Shown here in pieces: positions 1-9,761 of a stretch of DNA of 64,000 nucleotides; position 1 is the stretch's first letter, and every line of letters starts with the position of its first letter. The DNA lies in the IMG/VR virus record IMGVR_UViG_3300021180_000005, positions 1 to 64,000 of that record; one strand, written 5' to 3'. This DNA is from a virus. The notes beneath the pieces are model-generated. The model worked only from the letters and a program-made list of their open reading frames with translations, did not search any database and was not told the DNA's origin. The position numbers and the translations under genes are program-made.

Positions 1-26
1 CCAATTCTACCAATGGAGAGTGTATA

Positions 27-401
27 ATGTTTCTTTTCACAGAGCTTGCTGCACCCCTTGCACGAGTATGGCAGGGTCAACGTCAACGCACTTCTCGCAC
101 AGCAGACGCTAAGAATGCGCCGGGTAAAGAGTATAAGTCTAAGATCACACACCGACACCAAAAGGACTTCAATGAAATCCACACAGATGTAAACGGTAAC
201 TTTTGGTTGTACAATGTAAAGACCGACGCGTGGGACATTAAGGGAGATGTGGATGATATTCCCTACTACGTAGATGGAGACGGCCTAACATGGGCTTACG
301 ATACCTATACAGGTAGATGGGATGTACCTGTGGAATATGAAGGCATAGACTTAGCATCACCAGAGGAGCTTACCGATGTCAACCCTGAGGTTGCCGGATA
401 A
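27..401 (+). CDS. hypothetical protein with two DxxGxxWxY...W repeats
   Basis: 124-aa ORF, GGAG upstream; repeats DVNGNFWLYNVKTDAWD / DGDGLTWAYDTYTGRWD. Confidence 0.6.
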   Translation: MFLFTELAAPLARVWQGQRQRTSRTADAKNAPGKEYKSKITHRHQKDFNEIHTDVNGNFWLYNVKTDAWDIKGDVDDIPYYVDGDGLTWAYDTYTGRWDVPVEYEGIDLASPEELTDVNPEVAG

Positions 402-657
402 AGAATATGCGCTCCTCTGCAAGTCAATCTTGCAGAGGGACGGCTACAGGTGCCGCTCATGCAACTTTAGAGGAAATTTAATGGTGCACCATATAATTTT
501 CCGCTCGCATCAAGGAGAAGATACCACAGAGAACCTTGTAACTCTTTGTGCAAGTTGTCATCGCGGTTGTCATGAAGAACAAGGGATTGTTGTACTAGGG
601 ACTGATGCAAATGCAGAGTTGAAGTTCCTAAGGAGAAATGGATGGCGACCACAATGA
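376..657 (+). CDS. small HNH endonuclease
   Basis: RDGYRCRSC...VHHI...G....NLVTLCASCH motif. Confidence 0.9.
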   Translation: MSTLRLPDKEYALLCKSILQRDGYRCRSCNFRGNLMVHHIIFRSHQGEDTTENLVTLCASCHRGCHEEQGIVVLGTDANAELKFLRRNGWRPQ

Positions 658-776
658 AAGAGAAGGCAATACCTACTGAACTAGAGATAGAATACTGGAG
701 AGCAGTACTAATTCTAGACTTGTTGACTGCTGAGCTATTAGCATACAAGGGACTTACATCTCCTGAAATCTCGTAG
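654..776 (+). CDS. small hypothetical protein (40 aa, not in ORF track)
   Basis: ATGA overlap with upstream stop; MKEKAIPTELEIEYWRAVLILDLL... Confidence 0.55.
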   Translation: MKEKAIPTELEIEYWRAVLILDLLTAELLAYKGLTSPEIS

Positions 777-804
777 TATACTGGAAGTAGAGGTTAGAAA
801 AGAG

Positions 805-1467
805 ATGAAAACTTTCAAATGCTACTGGTGCAAAACTGACATACTGAAACCAACGCACAATCAAAGGGCTGTTCATTCTAGGCACCAGCGTATGTATTGT
901 TACAAAATATGTTCAAGCGCTTACATGAAAGCGAGAGGTTTGGCAAAGCATAAGGTACGCTGTAGATGTGGTAAATCTCTGGTATACGGAGAGCTTACTA
1001 GAGGACAGAGGCAACGTGTACGAGATGGACAAAATGTAGTATGCTCTGAAAAGTGCAAACTTGCAGCACGTAAAGCACAAAGGGCAAGGAAAAACATGTA
1101 TGGAGTACCGCGTACTGAGTACAGAAAAACATGGCTGAAACACCACCGTGAGAGAAGACTTCTACATCAGGTAAAAAGCAGAGCAAAGAAAACAGGGCTG
1201 AAGTTCAACTTGATGGTTGAAGACATCGTAATACCCTCGGTATGTCCGGTGCTACAAATAGAGTTTAAAAAGGGAGACAAACTACTATCTCCCAGCGTAG
1301 ATCGTAAGAATAATCGAAAAGGTTACGTCAAAGGAAATATCCAGATAATGTCTGGACTAGCCAATGTAATGAAGAACAAAGCTACACCAATTCAATTAAG
1401 GAGGTTTGCAGCGTGGATAAACCAAGTTTACGGCCCTATCAAGAAGAAGCGCTGCAAGCAGTTGTAG
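805..1467 (+). CDS. HNH-like homing endonuclease with N-terminal Cys-rich repeats
   Basis: CPVL...SPSVDRKNNRKGYVKGNIQIMSGLANVMK; overlaps helicase start by 55 nt. Confidence 0.85.
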   Translation: MKTFKCYWCKTDILKPTHNQRAVHSRHQRMYCYKICSSAYMKARGLAKHKVRCRCGKSLVYGELTRGQRQRVRDGQNVVCSEKCKLAARKAQRARKNMYGVPRTEYRKTWLKHHRERRLLHQVKSRAKKTGLKFNLMVEDIVIPSVCPVLQIEFKKGDKLLSPSVDRKNNRKGYVKGNIQIMSGLANVMKNKATPIQLRRFAAWINQVYGPIKKKRCKQL

Positions 1468-3200
1468 ACAATCTCTGTGCAGGCATACGACAACAGTTAT
1501 TAGTGCTTGCCACTGGGCTAGGAAAGACTGTAATTGCGGCACAGCTTCCTACAGTGTTAAAAGCTATAGCACCCGGCAAGTTGCTATTTGTGGCACATAG
1601 AAATGAACTTCTTACCCAAGCTATTGACAAGATAAAGATATGGAATCCCAGCTTAAAAGTTGGGTTAGAAAAAGCCGAGAAACACGCAGACCCGGATTGT
1701 GATGTGATAGTTGCTTGCAACGCATCCATAGGCAGAGCAGGGTCTAAGCGCATGGATCATTTCTGGGATGATATTTCTGTTATAGTAATAGATGAAGTTC
1801 ATCATGCCATCGCGGACAGTTATTTAAACATTTTGAATGACTCAGGCGTGCTACTGCCCGATAGTAAGAAAGTTCTCATCGGTCTAACTGCTACGCCGAA
1901 GAGACATAACCGCAAACGCACTAACCAAGCCAATCTACTTGACGAAGACGAGTTGGTATCGTTAAAGAGCATATTCAAAAAAGTAGTGTATAGTTATGGA
2001 ATTAGAAAAGGGATTAAACAAGGATACCTTGCACCGTTATGTGGTTTCCGTATCAACACCAAAACTGTACTGGACGGTGTTAAGACAACGGCTGGTGATT
2101 TCCAAGTAGATGAGTTATCTAACGCTGTGAACACACCTGAGCGCAACGCTCAAGTAGTAAAAGCATGGAAAGACAATGTCAAAGACAAACAGACCCTATG
2201 TTTCACGGTGGACGTGCAACACGCTAAGGACTTGGCAAATACATTCCTTCACAATGGGGTTCTGGCACAACCTATATACGGGGACGATCCCCAGCGTGCT
2301 GACAAGCTACAATGGTTTGAGAATGGAAAAATACAGGTACTCTGTAACTGTGCCCTTCTTACTGAAGGGTTCGACAGTCCATCTGTAGCCTGTATAGTAT
2401 TAGCACGCCCCACGAAGAGTGGTTCTTTGTATACACAGATGGTTGGCCGTGGTACGCGTCTTAAAGAAGGAAAAGAAAAATGCATAGTAATTGATGTTTG
2501 CGATTGCTACAAACGATGTTCACTCGTTACTTTACCTTCACTGGTCGGACTCAACCCAGACATGGACCTGCAAGGACAGTCGGTAACAGCTACTGCAGAT
2601 AAACTAGAAGAGCTACAAGAGAAATACCCAACGGTAGACCTGTCACAACTGACGGACATAACCAAGGTGGACGCGTACATTGAAAGTCTTGATCTGTTCG
2701 CTGCGCCATATACGGAGGAAGTGGAGAAATTTAGTAAATTAGCTTGGATGGGCTGTAGCGATGGAAGTTATCTATTGCAAATTCCTGAGAAAAAAGAACT
2801 CAAAGGAGCATTCTCTCAGTACAAGCACGAAAAACTACACATCACTCCAAATGACCTAGAAGAGTTTGAATTGTCCATCACCTCTGTAGGTGTAGATAAG
2901 AAACTAGGAATTTACAACTCTCTACAAGAGGCGTTTGCCAGTGCCGATGAGGTGGTTCAGCGGTGTAGACCGGACAGGATGAAACTGTTGACACGCGAAG
3001 CCGATTGGCACACATACCTAGCTTCAGAACCTGCGAAAAAACTACTGAGATCGCTTAGCAGAAATAAACCAATGCTTAAATGTTTGTGTCCCGGTACGCA
3101 GCCTGCTAAGATGTGTCCTATATGTAGACTTAGTACGGGAATAACTGCAGGCGAGGCCAGCGTAGCTATAAATCTGCTTCAGGCCCGAAGAAAGAAGTGA
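1413..3200 (+). CDS. superfamily 2 DExH helicase
   Basis: LRPYQ, ATGLGKT, DEVH, TAT, LTEGFD, QMVGRGTR motifs. Confidence 0.95.
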   Translation: MDKPSLRPYQEEALQAVVDNLCAGIRQQLLVLATGLGKTVIAAQLPTVLKAIAPGKLLFVAHRNELLTQAIDKIKIWNPSLKVGLEKAEKHADPDCDVIVACNASIGRAGSKRMDHFWDDISVIVIDEVHHAIADSYLNILNDSGVLLPDSKKVLIGLTATPKRHNRKRTNQANLLDEDELVSLKSIFKKVVYSYGIRKGIKQGYLAPLCGFRINTKTVLDGVKTTAGDFQVDELSNAVNTPERNAQVVKAWKDNVKDKQTLCFTVDVQHAKDLANTFLHNGVLAQPIYGDDPQRADKLQWFENGKIQVLCNCALLTEGFDSPSVACIVLARPTKSGSLYTQMVGRGTRLKEGKEKCIVIDVCDCYKRCSLVTLPSLVGLNPDMDLQGQSVTATADKLEELQEKYPTVDLSQLTDITKVDAYIESLDLFAAPYTEEVEKFSKLAWMGCSDGSYLLQIPEKKELKGAFSQYKHEKLHITPNDLEEFELSITSVGVDKKLGIYNSLQEAFASADEVVQRCRPDRMKLLTREADWHTYLASEPAKKLLRSLSRNKPMLKCLCPGTQPAKMCPICRLSTGITAGEASVAINLLQARRKK

Positions 3201-3206
3201 GGTGCT

Positions 3207-3515
3207 ATGATCCCAGAGCTAAACGTAGAGCAAGTAACATTGCTGACAAACATGGCTAGCGGCTTGGGAGCGTTCTCCCAAGTCGTGCCTGATCCTAAGC
3301 TTGATAAAGCCTCAGACTACGAAACCATCATAGAGTCAGTACGGGACAACGAGCAGCTGGTAATACTTGGGCTCATCAAAGAGCTAACAGACGAACCCTC
3401 AACTAAGGAAAAAATAGTAACACTGTTCAGTATGACAGGGCGAATGTTTCGCGTATTCGAAATTACTGACATCGCACGTAAACTATTCGACGGAGTTGAG
3501 AGACCTATTCAATAG
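3207..3515 (+). CDS. hypothetical protein
   Basis: 102-aa ORF with GAGG SD, in operon. Confidence 0.7.
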   Translation: MIPELNVEQVTLLTNMASGLGAFSQVVPDPKLDKASDYETIIESVRDNEQLVILGLIKELTDEPSTKEKIVTLFSMTGRMFRVFEITDIARKLFDGVERPIQ

Positions 3516-3524
3516 GAGGCACCG

Positions 3525-4022
3525 ATGCCCTACGCGGACCCAAAAGTACGCAGTAGATACAACACCGCGTATAGAAAGAAGCACAAGAAGCATCTAGACC
3601 TGTACAATGCTGCATATCGAAAAGCACACAGAGAAGAAAACGTAGAGTACCTAAGGGAATGGAAGAAAGATAACCCAGATTACGACAGAGAGTGGCAAAA
3701 GAAGCACAGAGAAAACAAGCGAAGAAGTCAGAGAAAATTCCGTCGTACCCATCCAGAACGTATACGTGCTCAAAACGCCGCATATGCTACAAGGAAAACT
3801 GGTGCTGGTGGAAAATTCACAGAACAAGAATGGCTAGACCTTAAACGTAAGTATAAGTTTAGGTGTCTACGTTGTAATAGGAGAAAGAAACTGTTTCCTG
3901 ACCATGTAAAACCTGTGAGCAAAGGTGGAACAAGCAACATCAGCAACATTCAGCCTCTTTGTGGGGTTTGTAATTCCATAAAGAGTAACAAGTTCATTGA
4001 CTATCGGAAGAGGACTAGATGA
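3525..4022 (+). CDS. HNH homing endonuclease (paralogue of 11216..11698)
   Basis: CLRC...DHVKPVSKGG..NISNIQPLCGVCN; basic N-terminus. Confidence 0.9.
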   Translation: MPYADPKVRSRYNTAYRKKHKKHLDLYNAAYRKAHREENVEYLREWKKDNPDYDREWQKKHRENKRRSQRKFRRTHPERIRAQNAAYATRKTGAGGKFTEQEWLDLKRKYKFRCLRCNRRKKLFPDHVKPVSKGGTSNISNIQPLCGVCNSIKSNKFIDYRKRTR

Positions 4023-6094
4023 GCCAAGCTATACCAGTGGAGTTAGCCAAAAGTGCGGCTATGAAGTTAGTAATCAGTCAAGGATGGACATGGCAAGGCC
4101 CAAACGGTGGACAGATAAATGTTGAGACCTGTCCCTTCTGCCGGAAGGCAGATTTTAAGTTCTACATCGCAGTGTGCGACCCAGAAGAGTCAACACGCGA
4201 CGGGTTGTTCATGTGCCACCATGGCTCCTGTCAGAAGACAGGCAACCTACGCACATTACAAGAGCAGTTAGGATTGCGTGTAGTAGGAGTGGACTCACGC
4301 AAGGAATGGTCTGGAACCAAAGGTGAACAAGAGCAATTACCCGACGCTGAGATGTGTCATGCCAATCTCCTTTCAGATGCTGATGCGATGGACTATTTAC
4401 TTCATGTCCGGGGGTTCTCAAGGGAAATCATTGAGCGACAAAAGTTAGGCCTCGTGCCGCAGCGGTTCTTCCGTGAGGCTGGCAATGTAAAAGCACTGGT
4501 CATTCCATATCTTGTCAATGGCAACGTAGTGTTCGCCAAGTACCGGACTTTGCCACCGTCACCAAAAGACTTCACGTCTTCAACGGGTTGGGACGCACCT
4601 TTGTACAACGGAGAGGTACTAAACGAAGACATACACAACGTCGTGTTTGTCGAGGGTGAAACCAACACCATCTCTCTGTTGAACTACGGCGTCCACTCGG
4701 TGGTAGGTGTACCGGGAGCAAACATAAAGAAAGCCACGTGGATCGAACAGTTGGACAAGCTGATTGAAAACGGCTTGAAGGTTTACATTCTGTACGACGA
4801 TGACAAAGTAGGCAATAAGTCGGCACAGGAGATCGCATCGCGTATTGGTTTTGATAAGTGCTGGAGAATGCAGTTGCCTTACTTTGAAATCACTGTGCCT
4901 ATAGATCAGTGTAAGCTGTGTGACAAAGACGGCTGGTCGCTTAAGGCTGGGACAGACAAGCATGTACCGTGTACTCATACTAGAGCCGGAAAGGACACTA
5001 ACGAATGGTTCCAACTCGGTGGTGGCACCTTAGAAAAATTCGAGGAATTGAAGAAACACGCTGTTCTTTTCGACGTGACTGGCGTGACATCTACAGGGGA
5101 CGCCCTACAGCAATTAGAGGACGAGTTAAACGGGAAAGTAGACCTAGCCCCTACGTATGTAAGTGGCTGGCCGGAATTGAACCGACTGATAGGGTTTGAA
5201 GACGGAGACGTGATAGATATCGTTGCCCCTGAAAAAGTCGGTAAGACTACCTTCGGCCTAAATCTGCTGGATCACATGGTGAAGACCTACGGGGAAGATG
5301 GTTTATTAGTCTGTCTAGAGATGACTCAGGCACGACTGGCGCGTAAATGGGTGGCTCACGTTACACAATTTGAAGACGCCATAACACAGCCGGGGACTCC
5401 AGAGTCTAGAGCTAAGCTGATTGAGCTGAAGACCGCAGTGGTTAAGTCAAAGGAGATCATGCGCGAGCGTAACGCAGACATCTATTTCGCCTATCCGCAG
5501 CTGGTAAAAGAACCTGAGGATGTGTTCAAGCTCATCAGAGATTGTATCCGGCGCTACGGTGTAAAGTGGGTCATGTTCGACAATGTACAGCGTCTCTGCG
5601 ACGATACGTTGAAGAACCAAGGACACCGCACAGTGCACATGTCGCAGATCAGTAAAGGGTTTGCTAAGCTAGCAAAAGACTACCGCATCAAATTAATCCG
5701 TATTCTGCAACCTAAGCGTATCGAAAAAGGACAGATCATAACTACGAACGATGTAGACGGCAGCAGTCAGGTAGCAAAGGACTGCGATGGTATGATCACA
5801 ATGTGGCGCAGCGTTGTAGGAGAGATGAAGAAGAGCGAGTACGAGGAGGAATCCGTTGGCTTTAAAGAGACTGATGTCTCGTTTGATCCCAAAACAAAAC
5901 TCACTGTTGGTTTGTCTCGCTATTCTGCTGGGGGTAGTTGCTATGTTCTTTGCGATGGTGCAAGAAGTACGTTCCGCTCTTACTCAAATGAAGAAAAGTC
6001 TAAGCTCAATACGAATCTTCAAACGTTCAACTCAGTAATCCCAATGGAAAATGGACCATCGGTGCCCGTGGCAGTAGCGAACATCCCAATCTAA
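4019..6094 (+). CDS. primase-helicase (Zn finger + Toprim + DnaB-like SF4 helicase)
   Basis: CPFC Zn finger, VEGE and YDDD Toprim motifs, APEKVGKT Walker A, LEM, GSSQVAKDCD. Confidence 0.93.
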   Translation: MSQAIPVELAKSAAMKLVISQGWTWQGPNGGQINVETCPFCRKADFKFYIAVCDPEESTRDGLFMCHHGSCQKTGNLRTLQEQLGLRVVGVDSRKEWSGTKGEQEQLPDAEMCHANLLSDADAMDYLLHVRGFSREIIERQKLGLVPQRFFREAGNVKALVIPYLVNGNVVFAKYRTLPPSPKDFTSSTGWDAPLYNGEVLNEDIHNVVFVEGETNTISLLNYGVHSVVGVPGANIKKATWIEQLDKLIENGLKVYILYDDDKVGNKSAQEIASRIGFDKCWRMQLPYFEITVPIDQCKLCDKDGWSLKAGTDKHVPCTHTRAGKDTNEWFQLGGGTLEKFEELKKHAVLFDVTGVTSTGDALQQLEDELNGKVDLAPTYVSGWPELNRLIGFEDGDVIDIVAPEKVGKTTFGLNLLDHMVKTYGEDGLLVCLEMTQARLARKWVAHVTQFEDAITQPGTPESRAKLIELKTAVVKSKEIMRERNADIYFAYPQLVKEPEDVFKLIRDCIRRYGVKWVMFDNVQRLCDDTLKNQGHRTVHMSQISKGFAKLAKDYRIKLIRILQPKRIEKGQIITTNDVDGSSQVAKDCDGMITMWRSVVGEMKKSEYEEESVGFKETDVSFDPKTKLTVGLSRYSAGGSCYVLCDGARSTFRSYSNEEKSKLNTNLQTFNSVIPMENGPSVPVAVANIPI

Positions 6095-6102
6095 GGAGAC
6101 AC

Positions 6103-6285
6103 ATGCAGAAAGTACTTGATCAGTACATTACACACATTCTGCGACTGGCTAACAAGAAACCAAGCCCAGCTCGTAGCAAAGGCATTGCATATTACACAGC
6201 AGCCGCTGAGCGTCTAGAAGCACTAATCAATGCATCTACACCTGAGTGGGTAGCATTGCAGTTTGGTAAGAAGTCAGCATTCTAA
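6103..6285 (+). CDS. hypothetical protein
   Basis: 60-aa ORF with AAGGAG SD. Confidence 0.65.
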   Translation: MQKVLDQYITHILRLANKKPSPARSKGIAYYTAAAERLEALINASTPEWVALQFGKKSAF

Positions 6286-6291
6286 CGCCAT

Positions 6292-6320
6292 GGGACCGAG
6301 CGAAATCGGTCCCGGTTTTA
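6292..6320 (+). terminator. possible intrinsic terminator
   Basis: GGGACCGA-gcgaaa-TCGGTCCC followed by GGTTTTT. Confidence 0.55.
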
Positions 6321-6336
6321 TAGTTTATGGAGGAAA

Positions 6337-6564
6337 ATGTACATACCAGATTATATCAAAGCAGACAAATATAAATTAGAAAAATACATGGCAGCGCAAG
6401 AGCAGATGTGGATTTTAACCGACGAACATCGCAAGTTACTAGTGCGTATACAGGAATTAGAAGACGCACTGCAAGGGGTAAAAAGAAAACGCCGGATTTT
6501 GATAAAGGATTTTCCTACATTGTCACTAAGGAGCAAAGACACATGCCTGAGCATCACAAAGTAA
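6337..6564 (+). CDS. hypothetical coiled-coil protein
   Basis: 75-aa ORF with GGAGG SD. Confidence 0.65.
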   Translation: MYIPDYIKADKYKLEKYMAAQEQMWILTDEHRKLLVRIQELEDALQGVKRKRRILIKDFPTLSLRSKDTCLSITK

Positions 6565-6650
6565 ACGTAGTTCGCATTGACGAGATTCTGCCCCATCCAA
6601 ACGCTGATACTCTGGACACAAGCCATGACAGCATCTACAGGTATCTATAA
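6543..6650 (+). pseudogene. N-terminal remnant of a DRB0094-type RNA ligase / tRNA-binding OB-fold protein
   Basis: AAGGAG SD then MPEHHKVNVVRIDEILPHPNADTL (HPNADxL motif), cut off where the endonuclease begins. Confidence 0.6.
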
Positions 6651-7278
6651 AAAGAGAGGTGCTGACCCAGTGTCTGTTGGTCAGGTGTTTGGAAAGTGGA
6701 CAGTTGTAGAAAGAGCACCTAGTCAACCGACTAAGCACACACATTTTGTATGTAAATGTACTTGTGGAAAATTACAAACTGTAGACTATCAGCACTTGCT
6801 AAGAGGTGAGTCAGTAGGATGTAGAAATTGCGCTGGTCGCGTCGATTCAGAGCATTGTAAAAAAGGACACGACTTAAATTTGTGCGGTAAGGACACACGT
6901 GGGCAATGTGGTCTATGTAGAATTGAACAGTACCTCAGGAGAAACTATGGCATAGACGCTTACGATTATGAGTTGATGTTTGGCTATCAATTTGGTAAAT
7001 GCGCCATATGCGGAAAGAACCTAGCAGTAAATGAAGCGTTCTGTTTCTTGGGAGAACAAGAAGACGCACGAAGAGCAGAAGTAGACCACAGACACGTTGC
7101 CAAAAGCATTAAACCTAAACCTGAAAAAAGAACACTGGTAAGAGGTCTGCTATGCGGTGGTAGGTATGCTGGATGCAATGCTAAACTAGGACACGTTGAC
7201 GATGTAGAGTGGTTAAGAGCAGCAGCTAACTATGTAGAGAATCCACCAGCACAAAAAGTATTCAGATTACGAAAGTAG
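6625..7278 (+). CDS. endonuclease VII-like homing endonuclease
   Basis: GQVFGKWTV...CKCTCG N-terminus; YGI...QFGKCAICG...VDHRH...VRGLLC...CN; start placed at ATG 6625. Confidence 0.88.
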   Translation: MTASTGIYKKRGADPVSVGQVFGKWTVVERAPSQPTKHTHFVCKCTCGKLQTVDYQHLLRGESVGCRNCAGRVDSEHCKKGHDLNLCGKDTRGQCGLCRIEQYLRRNYGIDAYDYELMFGYQFGKCAICGKNLAVNEAFCFLGEQEDARRAEVDHRHVAKSIKPKPEKRTLVRGLLCGGRYAGCNAKLGHVDDVEWLRAAANYVENPPAQKVFRLRK

Positions 7279-7283
7279 AGGAA

Positions 7284-7709
7284 ATGACAAACGAGATGAC
7301 GCAAAGGCAGGAGTTGGAGACCTTCAACACTGTCGCAGCACTGTATTATGTATTGAAGTCCAACAGTAGATCATTGCGAGTGAAACAGGCTATTTATCGC
7401 CAAGATGAAGTACAGGCACAGCCGTTAGATTTTCTGATTGATGTTGAACTAAAGTCCAAGAGGGCACTGGGAGAGCCTTACTACCAGATGTTCCTACGTG
7501 CGGTATACAACGAGAATATTGAAATCCTTCCTGAGTACATACGTAAGTCTCTAGGCAGGTTATTCCAAGAGTACCGCCTAGACCCTGATGGTCCGTACGC
7601 CAAGTTGTTCTTCGACGTTAAAAATGCACAAGTACGTAGCTACATGAATGAGGTGAAAAGTGGAAGAACTGAACCAACCAACGGCACCGCTGAATCAACA
7701 GGAGTCTAA
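7284..7709 (+). CDS. hypothetical protein
   Basis: 141-aa ORF in operon. Confidence 0.7.
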   Translation: MTNEMTQRQELETFNTVAALYYVLKSNSRSLRVKQAIYRQDEVQAQPLDFLIDVELKSKRALGEPYYQMFLRAVYNENIEILPEYIRKSLGRLFQEYRLDPDGPYAKLFFDVKNAQVRSYMNEVKSGRTEPTNGTAESTGV

Positions 7710-8166
7710 CGTGCCTGTCTCTACTGAGTCAGCTACTATGCCTGTGCCTGAGTCTTCTCCTGCCCTTGAGAGGCTAACACGCAAACAATGGGGACAACTA
7801 CGAAGAATGCACGTCACTGTGCAACACGGCACGGTTATCGCGTGCGGTCACAAGGCCAAATTCAGCAAGGATCACGATCCGACAAACAACTGTGTTCACT
7901 GCTGGGCGTCATACTTTGCAACTAGCGTCGATCTGGACCTTATTCATACAGTGCTTACTACTAAGGGCGGTAAGGCCCTCGTAGCGTTAAAAGGCACGAA
8001 GTTCGTTCGTATGTTTCACGGTTTTTTAAGTTCACAACTACTGCCTGCTCTTGCCGCAGAGATAAACAATGAAGAACCTGCTAAAATAGAAGGGAGCATC
8101 TTCTCTGAAACTAAACCTAACGAATCAAGTTGTGGGACATTGGAAAATTCTGGGGTTCTCCCATAA
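7660..8166 (+). CDS. hypothetical protein with Cys/His motifs
   Basis: GAGGTG SD, GTG start; ACGH...CVHC. Confidence 0.65.
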   Translation: MEELNQPTAPLNQQESNVPVSTESATMPVPESSPALERLTRKQWGQLRRMHVTVQHGTVIACGHKAKFSKDHDPTNNCVHCWASYFATSVDLDLIHTVLTTKGGKALVALKGTKFVRMFHGFLSSQLLPALAAEINNEEPAKIEGSIFSETKPNESSCGTLENSGVLP

Positions 8167-8692
8167 GAAGTATAAACAAGGAAATGTACTGGTATGGAAA
8201 TGTCAATGTGACTGCGGGAACATACGGTGGAAGACTACGGGAAATTTAAAAGACCCACAACAACAAAGATGTAGTTCTTGTGCATCTCCAGAGAGAAACA
8301 AAAAGAGAATCAAATACTTTAGACCGTTTGAACCGCTGTTCCACAGGTTGCATTTATCATCTAAAAACAGAGGCCTAAAATGCACCCTGACGTACGACGA
8401 ATTCTTTGAGTTTACAAGTATAAACACCTGTGTGTACTGTGGTGCGGATATACAGTGGAGCCTCAGTAGTCAATCTATATCAACAAACATGGATAGAAAA
8501 GATAACTCCAAAGGCTACACTAAAGACAACTGCACTGTATGCTGTATAGGCTGCAATAGAATCAAAAGCAATCGCTTTACATACGAGCAGATGCTTGAAA
8601 TTGGTTCTTTGCTGAAGAAATGGAGAATAAGTGGAACAAACGAAGGCACAGAAGTTTCGCCAGTTGGAACAACTGAGCAAACTATTGGATGA
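8105..8692 (+). CDS. HNH-like homing endonuclease (start uncertain: CTG 8105 or GTG 8132)
   Basis: KLNLTNQVVGHW, WKCQCDCG, CVYCG...MDRKDNSKGYTKDNCTVCCIGCN. Confidence 0.85.
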   Translation: MKLNLTNQVVGHWKILGFSHKKYKQGNVLVWKCQCDCGNIRWKTTGNLKDPQQQRCSSCASPERNKKRIKYFRPFEPLFHRLHLSSKNRGLKCTLTYDEFFEFTSINTCVYCGADIQWSLSSQSISTNMDRKDNSKGYTKDNCTVCCIGCNRIKSNRFTYEQMLEIGSLLKKWRISGTNEGTEVSPVGTTEQTIG

Positions 8693-9761
8693 ACAGCACA
8701 CGATTACTAAGATCGGTAGGGAAGTGAAGAACTCATTGGTAAAACTAGGAGACAGACCTGTGTTGCGCGTACCGTGTATCAGCACAGAGCTTCCAACCTT
8801 TGATTACGACGTACTACAGTACGGTGGAATTCCTCGTGGGCGTATTATTGAAATATTTGGACCAGAATCATCTGGTAAAACTACGACTGCACTGTACGTA
8901 GCAGGACAAGAACAACGCACTGGTGGGCTGGTAGCTTATGTAGACGCAGAGCATAAACTGGAACCATCCTATGCAAAAGTCCTAGGTGTAGATATTGATG
9001 AACTGCTGTTTAACCAACCTAACAGCGGAGAAGAGGCACTGGACACAGTGGATAAACTAGTAGAGTCCGGTACTCTAGGACTCATCGTAGTGGACTCTGC
9101 TGCTGCCCTCGTACCTGAGGCCGAGCTAGCTGGGGACATTGGTGATCAACATATGGGCCTACAAGCTCGTATGTTCTCACAGGCTATGCGTATTCTCACT
9201 GGTAAAGCTGCGCGTAGCAACACCACACTGATTTTTATCAATCAAATCAGAGAGAAGATCGGAGTGATGTATGGCAATCCCGAAACGACTCCCGGTGGGC
9301 GTGCACTTAAGTTCTATTCCAGCGTTAGACTTAGTATCAGCCGTAAAGAGCCAATCTGGGAAGGAACCAAAGAAAATATCATTGGTCACTCTATCGACCT
9401 TAGGTGCGTTAAGAACGGTGGAGGAATACCTTTTCGACGCACACAGATTAACCTCATCTATCCGGGTAAAGGCCGTGCTCCGGGATTCGACAAGTTAGAC
9501 AATATGATAGAATTCGCTTCTGGACGAAATGTGTTTGATAAGCGCGGCAGCTGGTTCTGGTATGACCTAGGCACAATGACTGAAGCCAAGAAAGGTGAAA
9601 AATCCGTGCCTATAGGACCAGAAAAAATTGCTAACGGAATTGACAACCTGAAGATATTCCTAGCAAGCCGTCCTGATGTAGTTGAGCGGGTTAGAAAAGA
9701 TGTGGCTGCATTAATCAAGAAGGAAGAGACGCAGCCAGTCGCTACGGTGCCCAATGTCTGA
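8631..9761 (+). CDS. recA: RecA recombinase
   Basis: GGIPRGRIIEIFGPESSGKTT, DAEH, VVDS, FINQIREKIGVMYGNPETTPGGRALKFY. Confidence 0.97.
   Translation: MEQTKAQKFRQLEQLSKLLDEQHTITKIGREVKNSLVKLGDRPVLRVPCISTELPTFDYDVLQYGGIPRGRIIEIFGPESSGKTTTALYVAGQEQRTGGLVAYVDAEHKLEPSYAKVLGVDIDELLFNQPNSGEEALDTVDKLVESGTLGLIVVDSAAALVPEAELAGDIGDQHMGLQARMFSQAMRILTGKAARSNTTLIFINQIREKIGVMYGNPETTPGGRALKFYSSVRLSISRKEPIWEGTKENIIGHSIDLRCVKNGGGIPFRRTQINLIYPGKGRAPGFDKLDNMIEFASGRNVFDKRGSWFWYDLGTMTEAKKGEKSVPIGPEKIANGIDNLKIFLASRPDVVERVRKDVAALIKKEETQPVATVPNV

Noticed and set aside
753-782. Promoter upstream of HNH 805 (CTTACA-18-TATACT)
   Set aside because: Good -10 but weak -35 and no TG extension; too uncertain to list.
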